Shown here piece by piece: positions 59,205-64,000 of a stretch of DNA of 64,000 nucleotides. The stretch comes from Bacillus subtilis subsp. subtilis str. 168. Lineage in GTDB: Bacteria > Bacillota > Bacilli > Bacillales > Bacillaceae. Below the pieces are notes generated by a model. The model was not told where the DNA came from. It searched no databases and saw nothing but the letters and a program-made list of their open reading frames with translations. A program made the translations under genes and the position numbers. Each line of letters opens with the position of its first letter. Within the stretch, counting starts at the first letter, position 1. The stretch is taken from assembly GCF_000009045.1 (NCBI RefSeq), contig NC_000964.3, forward strand, positions 806,001 through 870,000. The letters are read 5' to 3'.

Positions 59205-60260
59205 ATGAATCGTATCTTTTTTATTTTAGTGGCGGCCGGTGTTCCGCTTTCTGTGATTGGCAGTTTGATGCATTGGCCTTCCGCGGTTCTATTTGCAGTT
59301 TATTGCGTGACGATTATCGCGCTTGCAAGCTATATGGGGAGGGCGACAGAATCACTGTCCATCATTGCAGGACCGCGTATCGGCGGTTTGTTGAATGCAA
59401 CCTTCGGGAATGCGGTGGAGCTGATTATTTCCCTTTTTGCATTAAAAGAAGGCCTGACAGGAATCGTGCTTGCCTCTTTAACCGGTTCAGTGCTGGGGAA
59501 CCTGTTGCTGGTAGCGGGCCTATCGTTTTTTGTCGGCGGTTTAAAATATAAGCGGCAGGAATTTAATATCCATGATGCCCGCCATAACTCCGGGCTTCTG
59601 ATTTTTGCCATCATTGTCGCCTTTGTGATTCCGGAGGTATTCTCTGTTGGTATGGGAAACGCCAGCAAGCTCAATTTAAGCATCGGCATCAGCATCATTA
59701 TGATTCTGTTATATGTGGCGGCGCTGTACTTTAAACTTGTCACGCATCGGGGCGTTTATCAGCCGAATAATGCCGCTCAGACTGAAGAAGAGGAAGAGCC
59801 AGAATGGTCAGGGAAGGTTGCGACGATTGTCTTGTTTGCGGCAACGATTGTGGTTGCATACATATCCGAAAACCTGGTCCATACCTTTCACTCGGTGGCT
59901 GAACAGTTCGGGTGGAGCGAGCTGTTTATTGGGGTCATCATCGTGGCGATTGTAGGAAATGCGGCGGAGCATGCGTCAGCGATTATTATGGCCTTCAAAA
60001 ATAAAATGGACATTGCTGTTGAAATTGCAGTAGGCTCTACGCTGCAGATCGCTATGTTTGTCGCACCGGTTCTCGTCATCTGTTCTATCTTTTTTCCGAC
60101 AAGCATGCCGCTTGTATTTACATTGCCTGAGCTCGTCGCGATGGTATCAGCGGTTCTCTTGATGATCGCGATTTCGAATGACGGGGATTCCAACTGGTTT
60201 GAAGGGGCGACACTGCTTGCTGCATATGTCATTATGGCGATCGGCTTTTTCCTTCTTTAA
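59205..60260 (+). CDS. chaA: Ca2+/H+ antiporter (CaCA family), 351 aa
   Basis: Alpha repeats GNAVELII and GNAAEHAS (yfkE). Confidence 0.95.
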   Translation: MNRIFFILVAAGVPLSVIGSLMHWPSAVLFAVYCVTIIALASYMGRATESLSIIAGPRIGGLLNATFGNAVELIISLFALKEGLTGIVLASLTGSVLGNLLLVAGLSFFVGGLKYKRQEFNIHDARHNSGLLIFAIIVAFVIPEVFSVGMGNASKLNLSIGISIIMILLYVAALYFKLVTHRGVYQPNNAAQTEEEEEPEWSGKVATIVLFAATIVVAYISENLVHTFHSVAEQFGWSELFIGVIIVAIVGNAAEHASAIIMAFKNKMDIAVEIAVGSTLQIAMFVAPVLVICSIFFPTSMPLVFTLPELVAMVSAVLLMIAISNDGDSNWFEGATLLAAYVIMAIGFFLL

Positions 60261-60330
60261 CCTGAAAAAATGATGGATAACAACAAAGCGGGATGAAAAG
60301 ACTAAGGGAAAATGCCATAGAAAGAGTGAT

Positions 60331-61125
60331 ATGATGAAAAAGCTATTTCATTCCACACTTATTGTGTTGTTATTCTTTAGTTTTTTCGGCGTTCAGCCCA
60401 TCCACGCGAAAAAGCAGTTTAAGGTTCCTAATTCTGTCGCAAGCATTTCAAAGGAAAACACGTATCCGAATGCTTCACAGGATCAGCCAATGCTTCAGCC
60501 GAGCAAGCTGGCAAAGGAATTGCTCGATCATTCTGAGGTAAAGATTGAAAATCCGCATCTCATCAAAATGCTGAATGAATCCAACATATCCGGCACACCG
60601 CTTGCAGTAGGGTACCGGGCGACAATATTTCTCGGGAAATGGGCGCTCGGCTATGAATCAAATGAAACAGTCGCAAACTGGGAATATAAAAAAATCAATA
60701 CAAACCGTGCGGATAACCGCGGCGGGAAAGAAACGGCTGAAATGCATTATGCCCAGGAACAGCAGTACAGAGTGAAGGGCGGCTTGACAGCTAAAGTTCC
60801 AAATGCTGAAGATGTCAAAAGCATGATGATGCAAAAAGCAATGAAGAAAACGAACCTCCCGCTTGCATTTGAGACGGTCATCGGGGCTGGCACAAAACGG
60901 GATCAGATTTATAAAGTCGCTCCTAAAAAAATCGGTTATCTACATGCATATGCACCGGCTGTGAATGAAAAAGGAAAAGTGACTTACGGAGAAGTGTACT
61001 TAGTGCTGAAAGGAAATAAACGAAAACTCGTCGTGAAAAATGTCACGTCACAGGGAATCGGCGCGTGGATTCCGGTTCAAGATCATGTCACGTTTGGCTT
61101 TCAGCTTTCCTCACTGCCAAGATAA
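60331..61125 (+). CDS. yfkD: Secreted uncharacterised protein, 264 aa
   Basis: Signal peptide ending IHA; VPNSVASISKENTYPN. Confidence 0.9.
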   Translation: MMKKLFHSTLIVLLFFSFFGVQPIHAKKQFKVPNSVASISKENTYPNASQDQPMLQPSKLAKELLDHSEVKIENPHLIKMLNESNISGTPLAVGYRATIFLGKWALGYESNETVANWEYKKINTNRADNRGGKETAEMHYAQEQQYRVKGGLTAKVPNAEDVKSMMMQKAMKKTNLPLAFETVIGAGTKRDQIYKVAPKKIGYLHAYAPAVNEKGKVTYGEVYLVLKGNKRKLVVKNVTSQGIGAWIPVQDHVTFGFQLSSLPR

Positions 61126-61127
61126 AT

Positions 61128-61161
61128 AAAAAACTGATTCCAACTCGGAATCAGTTTTTTT
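61128..61161. terminator. Bidirectional terminator between yfkD and yfkC
   Basis: AAAAAACTGATTCC / GGAATCAGTTTTTT. Confidence 0.88.
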
Positions 61162-61163
61162 GT

Positions 61164-62006
61164 TTATTGGGTTCTCTCGATTCGGACCGCTTCCTCAAGC
61201 ATTTGCACATTGTTTTGGTAGAGCTGGCGAACGAGAACCCGTCTTACTGCAAGGCTGGCACTGAAATAATCATCATCTTTCACCATGCCTTTAACCGTAA
61301 ATTCGACGCCGCGATTGATTTTATTCAATGCGGTGATGCCGTGGATTTGAAACGGTTCTGTCGGATTGCCGAATTCATCCCGCTTCAATGAATCACGAAG
61401 CTCTTCATTCAGCATGTCACATGCCTCTTCCAACACGCTGTACACGCGGTCCGGATCTTCTTTAAAGCTGATAAGAAAGGATTCGGTAATCCGCATAAAA
61501 TCAATATTATAGTTCTCTATTTGTCTGACCTCGCCGTTGCTGATGGTGAGCAGCTTCCCGCTCCATTCCCGGATTTGCAGCGAGCGGAGGCCGATTTCCT
61601 CCACTGTCCCGTTGAACAAGTTGTTGACGGTGACATAATCGCCTTTGTGCAGCTGGCGTTCATATATTAAGAATACACCAGCCAGCACATCTTTGATCAG
61701 CGATTGGGCGCCAAAACCGATCACGATACCTGCTACGCCCGCCCCGGCCAATATCTTGCCGAAATCATGCACAAATAAAGAAATAACGTAAAAGATAAAA
61801 CCAATTGTTGCCGTATACTGGGTGACAGAACGGACAAGGCTTTCAATCGTTTTTTCCTTTTTTTCTTCAATAAAGTCCGTCCGTTTAAAAAATAGCTGTA
61901 CCAGCCGGTTGATGATAAAGACACCGATCCAAAGGATAACGGCAACGAGGAGAATATCGACGATTTTATTTTGAAAAATCTCCGTAAGTGTTTCTTTCAT
62001 CCGCAT
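61164..62006 (-). CDS. yfkC: MscS-family mechanosensitive channel, 280 aa
   Basis: GAGVAGIVIGFGAQSLIKDVLAG, GDYV, GTVEEIGLRS, ISNG. Confidence 0.93.
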   Translation of the reverse strand: MRMKETLTEIFQNKIVDILLVAVILWIGVFIINRLVQLFFKRTDFIEEKKEKTIESLVRSVTQYTATIGFIFYVISLFVHDFGKILAGAGVAGIVIGFGAQSLIKDVLAGVFLIYERQLHKGDYVTVNNLFNGTVEEIGLRSLQIREWSGKLLTISNGEVRQIENYNIDFMRITESFLISFKEDPDRVYSVLEEACDMLNEELRDSLKRDEFGNPTEPFQIHGITALNKINRGVEFTVKGMVKDDDYFSASLAVRRVLVRQLYQNNVQMLEEAVRIERTQ

Positions 62007-63128
62007 CTAACTCCTGGCTTGACGTTTTGTGAAGTCTGTATCCTGATAATAACTGTTTTTGACAAGAACATTCGGTCCGAGGCACCGGACATTCGGGCAG
62101 TGGCAACTCAGTTCTTTCGCAAGCTTGGTCTCTCTCCACTTTTCATAGGCGGAAGGGAGGCTGTCCGTCTGAATGTTGCCAAGCGGCGGGGTATCACCGA
62201 AATCGGTCACGATAATGTTTCCGTCGAAAATGTTCACATTCAGGCGGGATCGGCCGTCAGGGTCATTTCGCACTGTGACGTTTTTCGCCGCGCGAAGCCG
62301 GCGAAGCAGCTTTTGGTCGTCTTCGTCCGGACTGCAGGCATAAAACGGCAGCGTTCCGAACAGCATCCACGTATTTTCATCACGAATATCCAGCAAGCGG
62401 TGAATGGCCTGTCTCATCTCTTTCAGGCTGAGGGATTCAAGAGCGCTTGCGAAATCGCTTGGATACATTGGGTGGACCTCGTGACGCTGACATTTCATAT
62501 CTTCTGTGATTTGGCGGTGAATATGCTCAATATGCGGAAGTGTTCGTTTGTTCAGCATCGTTTCCGCAGATACCATTACTCCGGCATCCACGAGCGTGCG
62601 GCTGTTTTCGATCATTTTTTCAAAATAGCGCGCGCGCTGTTCGAAGGTCGGTTTTCTGTCCATCATGGCAAAGCCGATTTCAGCAAAATCTTCAACTGTT
62701 CCCCAGTTATGTGAAATATGTAGCACATCGAGATACGGAATGATCCATTCGTACCGCTCGATGTCGAGGGTCAGATTTGAATTAATTTGTGTCCGCACAC
62801 CCCGTTCATGGGCATATTTCAATAAAGGAACAACATATTCTTTTACTGATTTCAACGAAAGCATCGGCTCTCCGCCTGTGATGCTGATGGATCTGAGGCG
62901 CGGGATTTCCTCCAGCCGTTTTAACAGAAGATCTATTGGCAGAGCATTCGGGTCTTTAGGCTGCAATGTATAGCCTACAGCACAATGCTCGCATCTCATA
63001 TTGCACAGTGTCGTTGTTGTGAATTCAACGTTTGTCAGCTGCATGTCTCCGTATTGGTCAACATCCATATAGGCTTCCCAAGGGTCAAACTCGGGCGTAA
63101 TCGGACGCAGCTTCGTGTTTTGTGTCAT
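62007..63128 (-). CDS. yfkA: Radical SAM protein with C-terminal CxCxxxxC motif, 373 aa
   Basis: CNMRCEHC (CxxxCxxC), ITGGEP, C-terminal CHCPNVRC. Confidence 0.94.
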   Translation of the reverse strand: MTQNTKLRPITPEFDPWEAYMDVDQYGDMQLTNVEFTTTTLCNMRCEHCAVGYTLQPKDPNALPIDLLLKRLEEIPRLRSISITGGEPMLSLKSVKEYVVPLLKYAHERGVRTQINSNLTLDIERYEWIIPYLDVLHISHNWGTVEDFAEIGFAMMDRKPTFEQRARYFEKMIENSRTLVDAGVMVSAETMLNKRTLPHIEHIHRQITEDMKCQRHEVHPMYPSDFASALESLSLKEMRQAIHRLLDIRDENTWMLFGTLPFYACSPDEDDQKLLRRLRAAKNVTVRNDPDGRSRLNVNIFDGNIIVTDFGDTPPLGNIQTDSLPSAYEKWRETKLAKELSCHCPNVRCLGPNVLVKNSYYQDTDFTKRQARS

Positions 63129-63272
63129 GACTATCTAACTCCTTTATAAATGGGCATACTAACGCTGCCAACAGTTAATTTTAGACCTGATTTGCCAAGA
63201 TCGCAAGTAGCGCGGCGATTGAAAAACGGCAAAAAATGAGCTACCATAATAAAAAATGAATGGAGGAACAGA

Positions 63273-63458
63273 ATGGGGAACGCCGTAAACAATAAAGATC
63301 AGCAGATTGATTATTTAAAGAACAGACTTGACATGTTTATGAACGTCATCGATTCATTAGACCCTGAAGCAACCGACGTTGAAGATATAGACAGGCTTAT
63401 CAGCATGCTTGATGACCTGGAAGCCAAATACGAACGTTTTAAAAAAGATTGGGAATAA
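63273..63458 (+). CDS. yfjT: Small acidic helical protein, 61 aa
   Basis: RBS GGAGG; followed by a terminator. Confidence 0.87.
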   Translation: MGNAVNNKDQQIDYLKNRLDMFMNVIDSLDPEATDVEDIDRLISMLDDLEAKYERFKKDWE

Positions 63459-63484
63459 AACCGCGTGCCCGCCGCGGTTTTTTT
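63457..63484 (+). terminator. Intrinsic terminator after yfjT
   Basis: AAAACCGCG / CGCGGTTTT followed by T run. Confidence 0.8.
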
Positions 63485-63558
63485 ATTGGCATAAAGCAAC
63501 AGTATAAAACAAAGTCTCTATCTGTAAAATAAGAAAAAATGCAGAAGGAGCGCTGGCC

Positions 63559-64000
63559 ATGAAGTGGATGTGTTCAATATGCTGCGCCGCCGTATTGCTT
63601 GCCGGAGGTGCAGCACAGGCGGAAGCGGTGCCGAATGAGCCGATTAATTGGGGCTTTAAACGAAGTGTCAATCATCAGCCGCCAGATGCCGGGAAGCAGC
63701 TGAACAGTTTAATTGAAAAATATGACGCGTTTTATTTAGGGAATACAAAGGAAAAAACGATTTACTTAACGTTTGATAACGGATATGAAAATGGCTATAC
63801 GCCAAAAGTGCTTGATGTCTTAAAAAAACATCGCGTAACAGGAACGTTTTTTGTCACCGGGCATTTCGTAAAGGACCAGCCTCAGCTGATCAAACGAATG
63901 TCAGATGAGGGCCATATTATCGGCAATCATTCCTTTCACCATCCGGATTTAACGACAAAAACAGCTGATCAGATTCAGGATGAACTTGATTCAGTCAACG
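63559..64000 (+). CDS. pdaA: Spore cortex N-acetylmuramic acid deacetylase (NodB-type), partial (runs off right edge; absent from ORF track)
   Basis: RBS GAAGGAG; MKWMCSICCAAVLLAGG...IYLTFDNGYE...TFFVTG...GHIIGNHSFHHP. Confidence 0.95.
   Translation, partial: MKWMCSICCAAVLLAGGAAQAEAVPNEPINWGFKRSVNHQPPDAGKQLNSLIEKYDAFYLGNTKEKTIYLTFDNGYENGYTPKVLDVLKKHRVTGTFFVTGHFVKDQPQLIKRMSDEGHIIGNHSFHHPDLTTKTADQIQDELDSVN

Noticed and set aside
61971-62714. 247-aa plus-strand ORF
   Set aside because: Antisense to yfkA, no recognisable motifs; shadow ORF, like the many other antisense ORFs in the track
63489-63516. Sigma-G promoter for pdaA (GCATA...CAAAGTC)
   Set aside because: Spacer 16 bp and weak -10 match; plausible but not supportable from sequence alone

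Overview
Bacterial chromosome segment, recognisable from its proteins as Bacillus subtilis (168-like), running from the 5' part of mtrA/yfnA (partial, left edge) to the 5' part of pdaA/yfjS (partial, right edge). Most of it is dense housekeeping and accessory sequence: yfmT-yfmS, two ABC-F ATPases (yfmR, yfmM), yfmPO, helicase yfmL, acetyltransferase yfmK, the Fur-boxed ferric-citrate ABC importer yfmCDEF, yflT, pel, the citrate cluster (yflS, citST, yflP, citM, yflN), nos, nagP, ltaS, the germinant-receptor-like operon yfkQRST, trePAR, hypO, yfkN, yfkJIH, chaA, yfkA and yfjT. I saw no rRNA, tRNA, CRISPR array or intact mobile element. The main result is an AT-rich island at about 12.9-16.7 kb. 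It carries an MFS exporter (yfmI), a divergent 23-codon peptide gene missed by the ORF track (yfmH), a perfect 11-bp hairpin, and an FGE/SUMF1-fold protein lacking the catalytic cysteines (yfmG). The island is bracketed by two colinear, degenerate, same-orientation remnants resembling the 3' end of an IS1182-family transposase. This layout suggests an uncharacterised peptide modification/export (RiPP-like) system brought in as a composite transposon; that interpretation is inference. Other observations: a possible triply frameshifted pseudogene around yfmN, and a 35-codon basic sORF after yfkH. Gene names and family assignments are from recall of the sequences, not from database searches. Start codons were adjusted by hand to fit ribosome-binding sites.
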